A stretch of DNA of 64,000 nucleotides. It comes from Bacillota bacterium (GTDB lineage: Bacteria; Bacillota; Clostridia; Christensenellales; Pumilibacteraceae). The position numbers were made by a program, and so were the translations under genes. Shown in pieces: positions 27,333-36,109 of the stretch. Position 1 is the first letter of the stretch. Every line of letters begins with the position of its first letter. The stretch spans positions 7,921-71,920 of the forward strand of contig WQVM01000001.1 of assembly GCA_009783985.1 (NCBI GenBank), read 5' to 3'. The notes under the pieces were generated by a model. That model made no database searches. It was not told the DNA's origin and worked only from the letters and a program-made list of their open reading frames with translations.

Positions 27333-29118
27333 CTTGCTATTGATAGCCACACTTTCTATCGGGGTGATAGGTGTGTTTTCGGGTTGCGGAAACGCCGTAA
27401 CAGTTTATTTTTATAATAGTGCAGGATGGGATAATGTTGAGGCGACGGCAAGCAATCTGAGAGATGGCAGCCGTATTACGCACCGCACCGCAATCAGAGA
27501 AGGCGACACCAATTTTTGGTCTGTTAGAATTAGTCGTAATCCTTCTACAAATCCATTTGCTATCAGCTTTTCGTCACCTAACACAAATGGTGGTTCGCAA
27601 AGCGTGATTATCAATAATCGCACATATGTTTTTGTGACAATGAATGGTGGGCGGTATTCTACTCGTGAAGATGCCCGAACAAGTGCCAACATAGTTGTGC
27701 AGTTGGATGTTGAGTTTGCAAGAGATGCTGTAGCGATTAATACATCAATGGAATTGATGCGCAGTCATTTGACTGTCACTGCAACATACTTGGACGGCAC
27801 AAGCAGAGAGCTCGAACGCTATGAGTACGATTTGAGAGGTGCACCGTTTACAAGGGTTGGTTATACTCAAGTTACTGTTAGGTATCAAAATAGAGATGCC
27901 ACAATCGAAGTTAGAGTTGACCCGCGATATGTTAGACAATTTACGGCTGTTTTTGATAGAGAACAGGCATTCGGACCGTACGGAACATTTGGCAGTGGTG
28001 GAATCACTACAGCGACAGTGCTTAATACGCTCAAGCGTTATCTTGCTGTTACAATGCATTTCTCAGATGACACTTATGAGATTGTTGCGGCAAATCATTA
28101 CAGCTTATATGCGGACCTCTCTGAAGTAGGCGATAATCAAATTACCGTACGATATAGAGATTTGGAAGCAACTTTTTATGTTGCCGTAACATATGGCGGT
28201 CCGCCACCAAATCGTACAGGGATTGAGGTTGACTTTGCTCAAGGCTCAAGGCGTATACTAACTAATCCAGAAGTGTTAGATGTGGTAAGAGAGCTAATTA
28301 CAGTCAATGCGATTTATGCGGACGGTCAGTATGCCGTGTTAGGGATGATGGATTTTGACCTAGAAATCAGTGATATAATTGCAGGGACACAGGAGATAAC
28401 AGTAACATATCAGGATAATTATATTGCAACATTTATGGTCAATCTAACCCATGCTGTAAGATTTCATTTGTTTAATTATCTTGAGTGGGAAGGACCGATA
28501 TTTGCATATGCATATTATTACACTATTCTTGACCTAGAGCCTCTTGGACCTTGGCTTGGCACTGTACTTACGCCCGAAGGTAACGGCTGGTACTTTGTAG
28601 ACATTCCGGCTAATCCTGATGAGGACTCTTTTGAGATGTATTTTCATAATAATGGGATTGATAGAATCCATAGTGTTATTACAAGTTCGGCTAATCCTTT
28701 CTTTACTAACAAGAATGGCACTCAGCATCCGACAAGAGAATCTGCCGAAATTGGTATACCACCTATGCCTGATTATTATACCCGTGTGTGGTTTCTTAAT
28801 AGCGGAGGTTGGGCTCAGCCTATGATGCACGCTTGGTATTATCCGACTGCCGGAAATGCTGTCAATCTTTTGGGAAGTTGGGGTGCCGGAACACAAAATA
28901 TGAGGCGTGACGGGGAGACTAATTGGTGGTATATTATTGTGCCGAGATGTGCTGATGAACATACAATCAGTATGATTATTCGTTGTAGTGTTGCCGATAG
29001 TAACCGTGCGACTCTAGAAATTGATAGCCAAACTAATCTATATGTGACATGGGGTGGCGGCAATACATCGGGAGTTCGTCATCCTAACAGGGCAGCTGCC
29101 GAAGCTGCTGTAGCGTAG
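27313..29118 (+). CDS. Cell-surface lipoprotein with CBM25/26-like modules and several bacterial Ig-like domains
   Basis: Lipobox GVFSGC. VTVYFYNSAGWDNV... module. Repeated ...LTVTATYLDGT...VTVRYQN..A.. Ig-like units. C-terminal RVWFLNSGGWAQP...NWWY module. AGGGGG RBS before the ATG at 27313. Confidence 0.6.
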   Translation: MKKRLISLLLIATLSIGVIGVFSGCGNAVTVYFYNSAGWDNVEATASNLRDGSRITHRTAIREGDTNFWSVRISRNPSTNPFAISFSSPNTNGGSQSVIINNRTYVFVTMNGGRYSTREDARTSANIVVQLDVEFARDAVAINTSMELMRSHLTVTATYLDGTSRELERYEYDLRGAPFTRVGYTQVTVRYQNRDATIEVRVDPRYVRQFTAVFDREQAFGPYGTFGSGGITTATVLNTLKRYLAVTMHFSDDTYEIVAANHYSLYADLSEVGDNQITVRYRDLEATFYVAVTYGGPPPNRTGIEVDFAQGSRRILTNPEVLDVVRELITVNAIYADGQYAVLGMMDFDLEISDIIAGTQEITVTYQDNYIATFMVNLTHAVRFHLFNYLEWEGPIFAYAYYYTILDLEPLGPWLGTVLTPEGNGWYFVDIPANPDEDSFEMYFHNNGIDRIHSVITSSANPFFTNKNGTQHPTRESAEIGIPPMPDYYTRVWFLNSGGWAQPMMHAWYYPTAGNAVNLLGSWGAGTQNMRRDGETNWWYIIVPRCADEHTISMIIRCSVADSNRATLEIDSQTNLYVTWGGGNTSGVRHPNRAAAEAAVA

Positions 29119-29187
29119 TCTATCATAAAATAATGCGGATTATCCGCTTAACATAAATCAATCAAATAAAAACTAGGAGAAAAATAT

Positions 29188-30972
29188 ATGAAACTTAAAA
29201 AAACATTTTTAGCACTTGTTTTTATGTCTATCCTTGCGTTGACTACTGTAGGAATATTTGCCGCTTGCAATGGGGGTGAAACCACACAAGGCGATCCTTA
29301 TGTTGCTAGTATAACAGCTACATTTAATCAACAACAAGTCACGGTATCACAAGGTGCACCATTGTCAGATTTGGTTCCGGGATTGACAGTAGCTGCTGTT
29401 TATACGGACGACACAACACGCACTTTGACATTTGGTGCGGGCGGTTATACGCTGAGCGGCAACCTTAATACAGCAACTAACACTATTACTGTTGCGTATA
29501 GTGAGCTTACCGCAACTTTTACTGTGTCAATTAATTTGGCAACCGGTATTACGGCAAGTATTCAGACAGATGCCAGATTGCACCAAGGAATGACTGTTGC
29601 TGGGTTGCGTCCGCTACTTAATGTCAGAGTCAACTATGCAGACGGAGCATATGTAGTTCTTGCGGCAACTGATTTTGAAGTTGCTTTGTATAGAGGCGAC
29701 CAAGCGATAACACAATTAGAGACTGGCGGCGGACAAATTGCAGTTGTAACTTTTGGCGGATTTTCGAGCAATGTAGCACTAACAGGAATTGTCCCTATGG
29801 AGTTGAGCGATTTGCCAACTCTAGGTCAAAACGAAACTCATATTTTATTTCTTAATTGGATGGAGTGGGATGTAGTCTATTTTAGAGCATTGACAGATGG
29901 TGGCACACCCGAACTGGGCAGAGGACATATGAATAGAATCGGTGTTACCGACTGGTATTTTGCGACATTTTCTGGTACTCCCCCTCACGGAAGTCTAATC
30001 GGAATAGGCGATACCCCATATAGTACAGCCACAGATAATAGAATCAATGTTTGGTTGCCTCGTGGTAGCGATGGTTGGTATGGCAATATATTTGTAGTAT
30101 TCGGTCAAAATGTAGATGACTCTTTCAGTATTTTACCTGGACCAGGCGGTTACGGGCATCCTTCGGCTGTCGCAGCAGAAGCAGCATTGTATATGCACCA
30201 AAATCCTTCGGCAAACCCATTTGATCAGTTGCCACTTGTTGAGGATGGAAAATTAAGATTGTTCTTATATGATGGGTTTATTAATATCGAAGGTTCACCC
30301 CGTATACATGGATGGATTGACGGTGGTGGTGAGCCTTTTTATCATGTTGTTATGTCTCCAGTAGTAGGTGCTGATAATTGGTGGTTTGCAGACAGCATTG
30401 CAGGTGTTGATTTGACAGCAGGCAATATTGAGGGAGTATTTAAGAATCAAACAGGTGGGTGGAATCCTAGAGGAAATTTTGAGTGGACTCCTAACTTTGT
30501 AGACGATGTTGGTGTGTCTAGATTTTTTGTTTTAAGTGCAACTGGTGCTAATTTGTCAGGAAATAATGTAGGATTTGCTACATTAGAACTTGCTCAAGCA
30601 GCAATAGCAGCGTATGATGGCGGCAATCAACAGACAGTTTATACTCGCATATGGTTTCTTAATAGTGGCGGTTGGGTGCAACCGAGAGTTCACGCATGGC
30701 CTGGTGATCTTACTGGACCTTGGGGAACACCATCTCAAAATATGACACGCGATGGAAATACTAATTGGTGGTATATGGATATACTTGCGTGTGGTTATAC
30801 AAATCCGTTTAATGTGGTTATAACGAGCAATGAAGTATATCCGTATCGTGTTAATAATTTGCATATCAATCATAATACTGATTGGCTTTATATAACTTGG
30901 ACTGGTGGGGACGCAGCATATAATGGTCAACGACATGGTAGTAGAGCTGATGCAGAAGCGTCAATCGGGTAA
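29188..30972 (+). CDS. Cell-surface lipoprotein with Ig-like domains and three CBM-like modules
   Basis: Lipobox GIFAAC. Ig-like units (ITATFNQQQVTV..., VTFGGFSSNV). Modules ILFLNWMEWD..., LRLFLYDGF...NWWFAD, RIWFLNSGGWVQP...NWWY. Confidence 0.6.
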   Translation: MKLKKTFLALVFMSILALTTVGIFAACNGGETTQGDPYVASITATFNQQQVTVSQGAPLSDLVPGLTVAAVYTDDTTRTLTFGAGGYTLSGNLNTATNTITVAYSELTATFTVSINLATGITASIQTDARLHQGMTVAGLRPLLNVRVNYADGAYVVLAATDFEVALYRGDQAITQLETGGGQIAVVTFGGFSSNVALTGIVPMELSDLPTLGQNETHILFLNWMEWDVVYFRALTDGGTPELGRGHMNRIGVTDWYFATFSGTPPHGSLIGIGDTPYSTATDNRINVWLPRGSDGWYGNIFVVFGQNVDDSFSILPGPGGYGHPSAVAAEAALYMHQNPSANPFDQLPLVEDGKLRLFLYDGFINIEGSPRIHGWIDGGGEPFYHVVMSPVVGADNWWFADSIAGVDLTAGNIEGVFKNQTGGWNPRGNFEWTPNFVDDVGVSRFFVLSATGANLSGNNVGFATLELAQAAIAAYDGGNQQTVYTRIWFLNSGGWVQPRVHAWPGDLTGPWGTPSQNMTRDGNTNWWYMDILACGYTNPFNVVITSNEVYPYRVNNLHINHNTDWLYITWTGGDAAYNGQRHGSRADAEASIG

Positions 30973-31004
30973 AATTTAGTTGATTATATCAAAAGTGAAA
31001 TTTT

Positions 31005-31553
31005 ATGAAAAAGACAAAAGTTAGTTATTTATCATTATTAGTATTGATTCCGATGATTGTTATCGGGGTGTTTTTGGCGACAGGCACGGCAGAGGAAAAC
31101 CTCTCCGTGCTTGCCCAAGCACCGTCTGCACGGCAAGAAACAGTAACGATTTATTTTTATAACAATTTGAATCTACTTAATCCACGAGTACAAGTTGTTG
31201 GGGAAAGCGGACACATTGTTATGACGCAAGATGCACCAGACTCTAACTGGTTTTTTGCTGATGTAGTAGGTGACCTTGAGAGCGGTATCCTTATAGTGTT
31301 TTCGGGTTCTGACGGAATAACTTCTGTCAATGGTTTTGTGACTGATGACGGCTTGCGTTATTTTAGCAATGCGGGCAAATTTAGTGACAGAGCGACTGCG
31401 GAAATTATATCAACGGTTGCTGCCCCATCTAGTAATGCACCGATAGTTTGGGTTATAGTACTTACTGTGTTAGGACTACTAATGATTATCGGTGCGGTCA
31501 TAGTGTTTCTTTTTGTTGGCAAAAAAAAGAGAGTACAATCTAATGAAGGATAA
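31005..31553 (+). CDS. Small protein with N-terminal signal/anchor, one CBM-like module and a C-terminal TM anchor
   Basis: 182 aa. VTIYFYNNLNLLNPRVQ...DSNWFFADV module. C-terminal IVWVIVLTVLGLLMIIGAVIVFLFVGKKKR. Confidence 0.5.
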   Translation: MKKTKVSYLSLLVLIPMIVIGVFLATGTAEENLSVLAQAPSARQETVTIYFYNNLNLLNPRVQVVGESGHIVMTQDAPDSNWFFADVVGDLESGILIVFSGSDGITSVNGFVTDDGLRYFSNAGKFSDRATAEIISTVAAPSSNAPIVWVIVLTVLGLLMIIGAVIVFLFVGKKKRVQSNEG

Positions 31554-33162
31554 TATCGACAAAATAAAGTGTGGTGCAATTGTTCCGTATACAACTTTTT
31601 TAGCGACCAAATTTAAGACTAATGGCAAAATGCTTGCTAAGTCAAGGGTTTATCGTACAATTACTTCTGAGTGTGTCGGACGAGAAGCGGTAGAGCTTAG
31701 CAAGACGGGTCAATATATCGCTATCGTTTTGACAAACCCTGCTAATGCGGTAACGGTGCGTTATTCAATACCCGATCAAAAACATAATGCGAAAATCAGC
31801 AATGTTGACGCTTTTTTGGCAACGCTTACCTTGTATGTCGCTAAAGACAAATATACTCTATCCGTCAATACGGCACATTCGCACTTGTATGGCAATTTTT
31901 CATGGAGTAAAGATAGATCATTACTCGGCGAACACAAGTTTTTTGACGAAGTGTCAATTAAACTAAATAAGACCTATCCAAAAGGAACAAAAATCATACT
32001 TAAAAAAGAAGTAGGGGACACTTCGCCGTATTACATTATAAATTTGATTGATACAGAGATTGCATCCGAAGCAATTGTCGCAGATGACGGCTTTGTCAAT
32101 TTGATGGATTTTGGTGCAGTATCTGATGGTAAGACATGCAACTATGAGGCTTTTGCTAAAGCTTACGCTAAGGCAATGACTCAACCTAATAGGACATTAT
32201 TTATCCCCGAAGGGGATTTTTATATAAGCAAGATTTTTGAAGTCAAGGACAGCAATATTACGATATGTGGTGCTGGAATTTGGCACAGCATATTGCGGGG
32301 TGAGATTTGTTTTAAGGTAAGTGGCAAAAAAGTTGTTTTTAGAGATTTTAAGATGGATGGCAATATGACGGTGCGTCGTGATGTGGCGGATATAGGTGCT
32401 ATAGAAACAACACACGGTGCAGAAAGTTTGACTATATGTAACTTGTGGATAGTGCATCATAAGGTTGGTGCATGGATAAATTATGCGAGCAATACGCTAA
32501 TGGAGAATTGCCGTTGTCGTGATTTATATGCTGATGGGGCAAACTATCACTGGGGGGTCAAAAACGGCATTATCCGCAACAATTCTTTTAGGGCTACGGG
32601 TGATGACGCTATTGCTATGTGGAGTGAAGGTGACCCTAACGACGGTAATTTGGTGGAGTTTAACACGGTGGAGAGTCCATGGCTTGCTAACGGAATCGCA
32701 ATGTATGGTGGTAAGAACGCAACTATCCGCAATAACTATGTGTGCGATACTGTGTATGCTGGAGCTGGAATAGATATTTCGTCGGAATTCAAACCTACAC
32801 CTTTCGGCGGAATAATAACTATTAAAGATAATGTTATTGTTCGTTGCGGAAGCAAACGAAATTCTTGTGATTTGGGTGCTGTGTGGTTTAAGACGGTTAA
32901 AGATTATGACAATCGTGCTGAAGTTGTATTTGAAGGCAATCAAATTTTGGACAGCACTTATCAAGGGATTTTCTTTGAAGGTGGCGGTATAATTGATAAT
33001 GTTAAAATTATAAGCAATGTATTTGACGGCGGCTCTACGCACTTTGCGGATTGTGTAGATGACTCAAAAAACAAAGTCGAATTTGAAAATAATGTAGTCA
33101 AAAATTTTAAGCACAAAAAATACAACAATCCTTTAGGTATGGGAATAAAAGGCAATGAATAA
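31543..33162 (+). CDS. GH87-like beta-sandwich plus beta-helix protein lacking any signal peptide (predicted cytoplasmic paralogue)
   Basis: ~539 aa from the ATG at 31543. NAVTVRYSIPDQ...TLTLYV..., then EGDFYIS, DGANY, GDDAIAMWS, WLANGIAMYGG, GAGIDISS, colinear with 23766 and 36110 catalytic parts. N-terminus MKDNIDKIKCGAIV is not hydrophobic. Confidence 0.6.
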   Translation: MKDNIDKIKCGAIVPYTTFLATKFKTNGKMLAKSRVYRTITSECVGREAVELSKTGQYIAIVLTNPANAVTVRYSIPDQKHNAKISNVDAFLATLTLYVAKDKYTLSVNTAHSHLYGNFSWSKDRSLLGEHKFFDEVSIKLNKTYPKGTKIILKKEVGDTSPYYIINLIDTEIASEAIVADDGFVNLMDFGAVSDGKTCNYEAFAKAYAKAMTQPNRTLFIPEGDFYISKIFEVKDSNITICGAGIWHSILRGEICFKVSGKKVVFRDFKMDGNMTVRRDVADIGAIETTHGAESLTICNLWIVHHKVGAWINYASNTLMENCRCRDLYADGANYHWGVKNGIIRNNSFRATGDDAIAMWSEGDPNDGNLVEFNTVESPWLANGIAMYGGKNATIRNNYVCDTVYAGAGIDISSEFKPTPFGGIITIKDNVIVRCGSKRNSCDLGAVWFKTVKDYDNRAEVVFEGNQILDSTYQGIFFEGGGIIDNVKIISNVFDGGSTHFADCVDDSKNKVEFENNVVKNFKHKKYNNPLGMGIKGNE

Positions 33163-33180
33163 ATCAAGAAAGGTAAGTTT

Positions 33181-33816
33181 ATGAGATTTGAAGGGATAAT
33201 ATTTGATTTGGACGGGGTGATATGCTCTACGGATGAGTATCACTACGAGGCGTGGAAGAAGAGTGCTGATGATTTAGGCATATATTTTGACAAGCAAATC
33301 AATAACCGATTGAGAGGAGTGTCTAGAGGTGAGAGTTTGGAGATAGTTTTGGAGCGTTATGACGGTATGATGAGTCAAGAAAAAAAAGCTGAGATTTTGA
33401 TAAGTAAGAATGATATTTATTTGCAACTTTTGCAGAAGATGTCTACAAAAGATTTGGACAAGGATGTAAAAAAAACTTTGGAGATACTCAAAAAGAAAGA
33501 ATTAAAATTAGCGATAGGCTCTTCGAGCAAGAATGCCAAAATTATTCTTAAAAAAATTGGTTTAGAGAATTTTTTTGATGCGATTAGTGACGGAACTATG
33601 ATTACTAAATCAAAGCCAGATCCGGAGGTTTTTTTGCTTGCGGCAGATATGATAGGGTTAAAACCGCAGGAATGCCTTGTAATTGAAGACGCTATTGCGG
33701 GGGTAGAGGCAGCTAAAGCGGGAGGTTTTGAGTGTGCGGCAATTGGTGATGCGCTTAAAAGTGATTTACCGGAATACAAACTAAATACATTTTCGGATAT
33801 ACTCAAGTTAGTTTAG
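33181..33816 (+). CDS. pgmB: Beta-phosphoglucomutase (HAD superfamily)
   Basis: IIFDLDGVI nucleophile motif, RLRGVSR, GSSSKNA, KSKPDPEVFL, IEDAIAGVEAAKAGG. Sits directly upstream of the GH65 gene. Confidence 0.85.
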   Translation: MRFEGIIFDLDGVICSTDEYHYEAWKKSADDLGIYFDKQINNRLRGVSRGESLEIVLERYDGMMSQEKKAEILISKNDIYLQLLQKMSTKDLDKDVKKTLEILKKKELKLAIGSSSKNAKIILKKIGLENFFDAISDGTMITKSKPDPEVFLLAADMIGLKPQECLVIEDAIAGVEAAKAGGFECAAIGDALKSDLPEYKLNTFSDILKLV

Positions 33817-33835
33817 AAAAAGGTTTCAAGTTACT

Positions 33836-36046
33836 ATGATAATAAAAGAAGTCGGATACAACAAAGAAAACTATGCCCATTTTGGCACAAAGTTTTTGAT
33901 TGGCAATGGATATATGGGTGTGCGTGGCACACCGGAAGAGTATACAAAAGAGTATATGCCTGCGATTAATATTGCAGGTGTTTATAATTTGGCAGCACCT
34001 GACAAATGGAGAGAGTCTCTTAATGCTCCTAACCCATTTTTTGTTAAGATAGCAATAGGCGGAACGGAGCTAGCTTTGCCTGATGCCACTAACAAAGTAT
34101 TATTGCATGAACAAAGTATTAATATGGCTTTGGGAATACACTTGCGAAAAACTGTTTTTAAGACACAACAAGGACAAGTAAATATAGAGTCACGGCGTTT
34201 TGCAAGTATGACAGCACATAATATTTTGGCATTAGAGTATATCGTGACAGCAGACTTTGATGCGGAAATTATAATTACAAGCGGTATTGATGGCAATGTT
34301 TGGGATGTTAATGGACCGCATTTTGTAAGGCATAATATTGTTGATGGCGAGATTATGAGCGTAGAAGGTGTTTGTGATAATGGATTGAGTGTAAAGACAC
34401 TAGAGAAAGTAGAGATTAAAGGAAATCTCAAATCACAAAGCGTTATCAAGGAAGACAAAAGAATACTTAGGGCACTTACTTTTGCGGTAAAAAAGGATGA
34501 ACAGTGTAGCATCAAGAAAGTAGCCTATGTCAGTACAAGTAAGGACTTGCAAATAGCAAAAAAAACCAGCGACACAAATTTTTTGTCACTCACTTATGAT
34601 GAGCTTTTAGTTGCACAAACGGAGTATTGGAAGAGTTTTTGGGTAGAAAACTTTGTAACAATCGAGGGCGACAAAGAGGCGGAAACGGCTCTTAATTATT
34701 GCATATATAGTCTTCAAATTATTGCACCACGCCACGCTAAGGCACTTAGCATACCTGCACGGGGGCTTTCGGGTCAGGTGTATAAGGGAGCTGTATTTTG
34801 GGATACCGAAATGTTTATGCTAGATTATTTTATTCTTAACGACATAGGGACAGCACGAACACTTCTTAAGTATAGAATTGACGGACTAAAGGGTGCAAGG
34901 ATTAAAGCAAAGCAAGAAGGTTTTGATGGAGCATTTTATGCATGGGAAAGTCATGAGAACGGACTAGAAGCTTGTACAAAATTTAATGTCACAGATGTTT
35001 TTACGGGGCGTTCAGTACGTACATATTTTATGGATAAGCAGGTGCATATTTCTGCGGCTATCGTATACGGTTTGCACAAGTACACATCAATGACGGGTGA
35101 TTTTTCTATTCTTGCGGATGGTGGACTAGAGATTATTTTAGAGTGTGCCGATTTTTATATGTCTATGTTATCCCAAAGATTCAGTCACAGGCAAGACAGT
35201 GATAGGGTGGGCAAACTGGAGCTACACGATGTTGTGGGTCCTGACGAATACCATGAGCGTGTAAATAACAACGCATACACCAACAGAATGGCAAAATTTG
35301 TACTTGAGTATGCACTAGAAGTGCTAAAAAAACAAACTGCTACAAGTGTAAGTCAAGTTGAGAAAAATAGGATTACGGCATACAAAAAGAAACTTAAAAA
35401 ATGTATAGAAGCAATATGTCAGCCCCGTACAAGTAAGGACGGTGTTATAGAGCAGTTTGACGGATATTTTGAGCTAGAAGATGTCAGTGTGGACGAAGTG
35501 CGTAGCAGACTCAAGGATAAGAGAGAGTACTGGGGTGGCAGTAACGGTGTAGCATCAACAACAAAAATAATTAAGCAGGCAGATGTGGTCACGATGCTTG
35601 CACTATTCAAAAATGAATATGACATACAGACACTAAGAAAAAATCTTGAATATTATGAAAAACGCACCGAACACGGCTCAAGTCTTAGTGCATGTATGTA
35701 CGGACTGTTGCATTGCTACTGCGACAGCGTGCAAGATGCGTATCCGATGTTTGTCAAATCTGCGGCAGTTGATCTAGTCACACCATCAAAGCTGTGGGCA
35801 GGTGGCATATACATTGGTGGTTCACACCCCGCATCGTGGGGCGGTGCGTATCAAATGATGGTATACGGTTTTGCAGGACTAACTCTTAAGCAGACAAAAA
35901 AAGGAATTACCCCAGTTCTCAATCCAAGGCTTCCCACCCATTGGAAACGCTTAGCCTTCAAATGCTCAATAGCCGGAAAAAGATATAACATAAATATAAC
36001 TAACAAAAAACACAGCATTAAGAGTGCAAAATATAAAGAAAAGTAA
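33836..36046 (+). CDS. GH65 alpha-glucoside phosphorylase (kojibiose/nigerose/maltose phosphorylase family; nigerose-type suspected from context)
   Basis: 736 aa. VVGPDEYHERVNNNAYTN catalytic-acid region and C-terminal GGIYIGGSHPASWGG are typical of GH65. Confidence 0.85.
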   Translation: MIIKEVGYNKENYAHFGTKFLIGNGYMGVRGTPEEYTKEYMPAINIAGVYNLAAPDKWRESLNAPNPFFVKIAIGGTELALPDATNKVLLHEQSINMALGIHLRKTVFKTQQGQVNIESRRFASMTAHNILALEYIVTADFDAEIIITSGIDGNVWDVNGPHFVRHNIVDGEIMSVEGVCDNGLSVKTLEKVEIKGNLKSQSVIKEDKRILRALTFAVKKDEQCSIKKVAYVSTSKDLQIAKKTSDTNFLSLTYDELLVAQTEYWKSFWVENFVTIEGDKEAETALNYCIYSLQIIAPRHAKALSIPARGLSGQVYKGAVFWDTEMFMLDYFILNDIGTARTLLKYRIDGLKGARIKAKQEGFDGAFYAWESHENGLEACTKFNVTDVFTGRSVRTYFMDKQVHISAAIVYGLHKYTSMTGDFSILADGGLEIILECADFYMSMLSQRFSHRQDSDRVGKLELHDVVGPDEYHERVNNNAYTNRMAKFVLEYALEVLKKQTATSVSQVEKNRITAYKKKLKKCIEAICQPRTSKDGVIEQFDGYFELEDVSVDEVRSRLKDKREYWGGSNGVASTTKIIKQADVVTMLALFKNEYDIQTLRKNLEYYEKRTEHGSSLSACMYGLLHCYCDSVQDAYPMFVKSAAVDLVTPSKLWAGGIYIGGSHPASWGGAYQMMVYGFAGLTLKQTKKGITPVLNPRLPTHWKRLAFKCSIAGKRYNINITNKKHSIKSAKYKEK

Positions 36047-36109
36047 AAAATATCAAATAAAAAATACAATATCCTATTAGGAATGAGGTAATAAAAGGGG
36101 ATTTTTAGT

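Noticed and set aside
32524-34515. Long antisense ORFs inside the glycan-locus genes (32524-33042, 172 aa; 33417-33806, 129 aa; 33982-34515, 177 aa)
   Set aside because: They lie opposite strongly supported GH87-like, pgmB and GH65 coding frames and have low-complexity composition typical of shadow ORFs.
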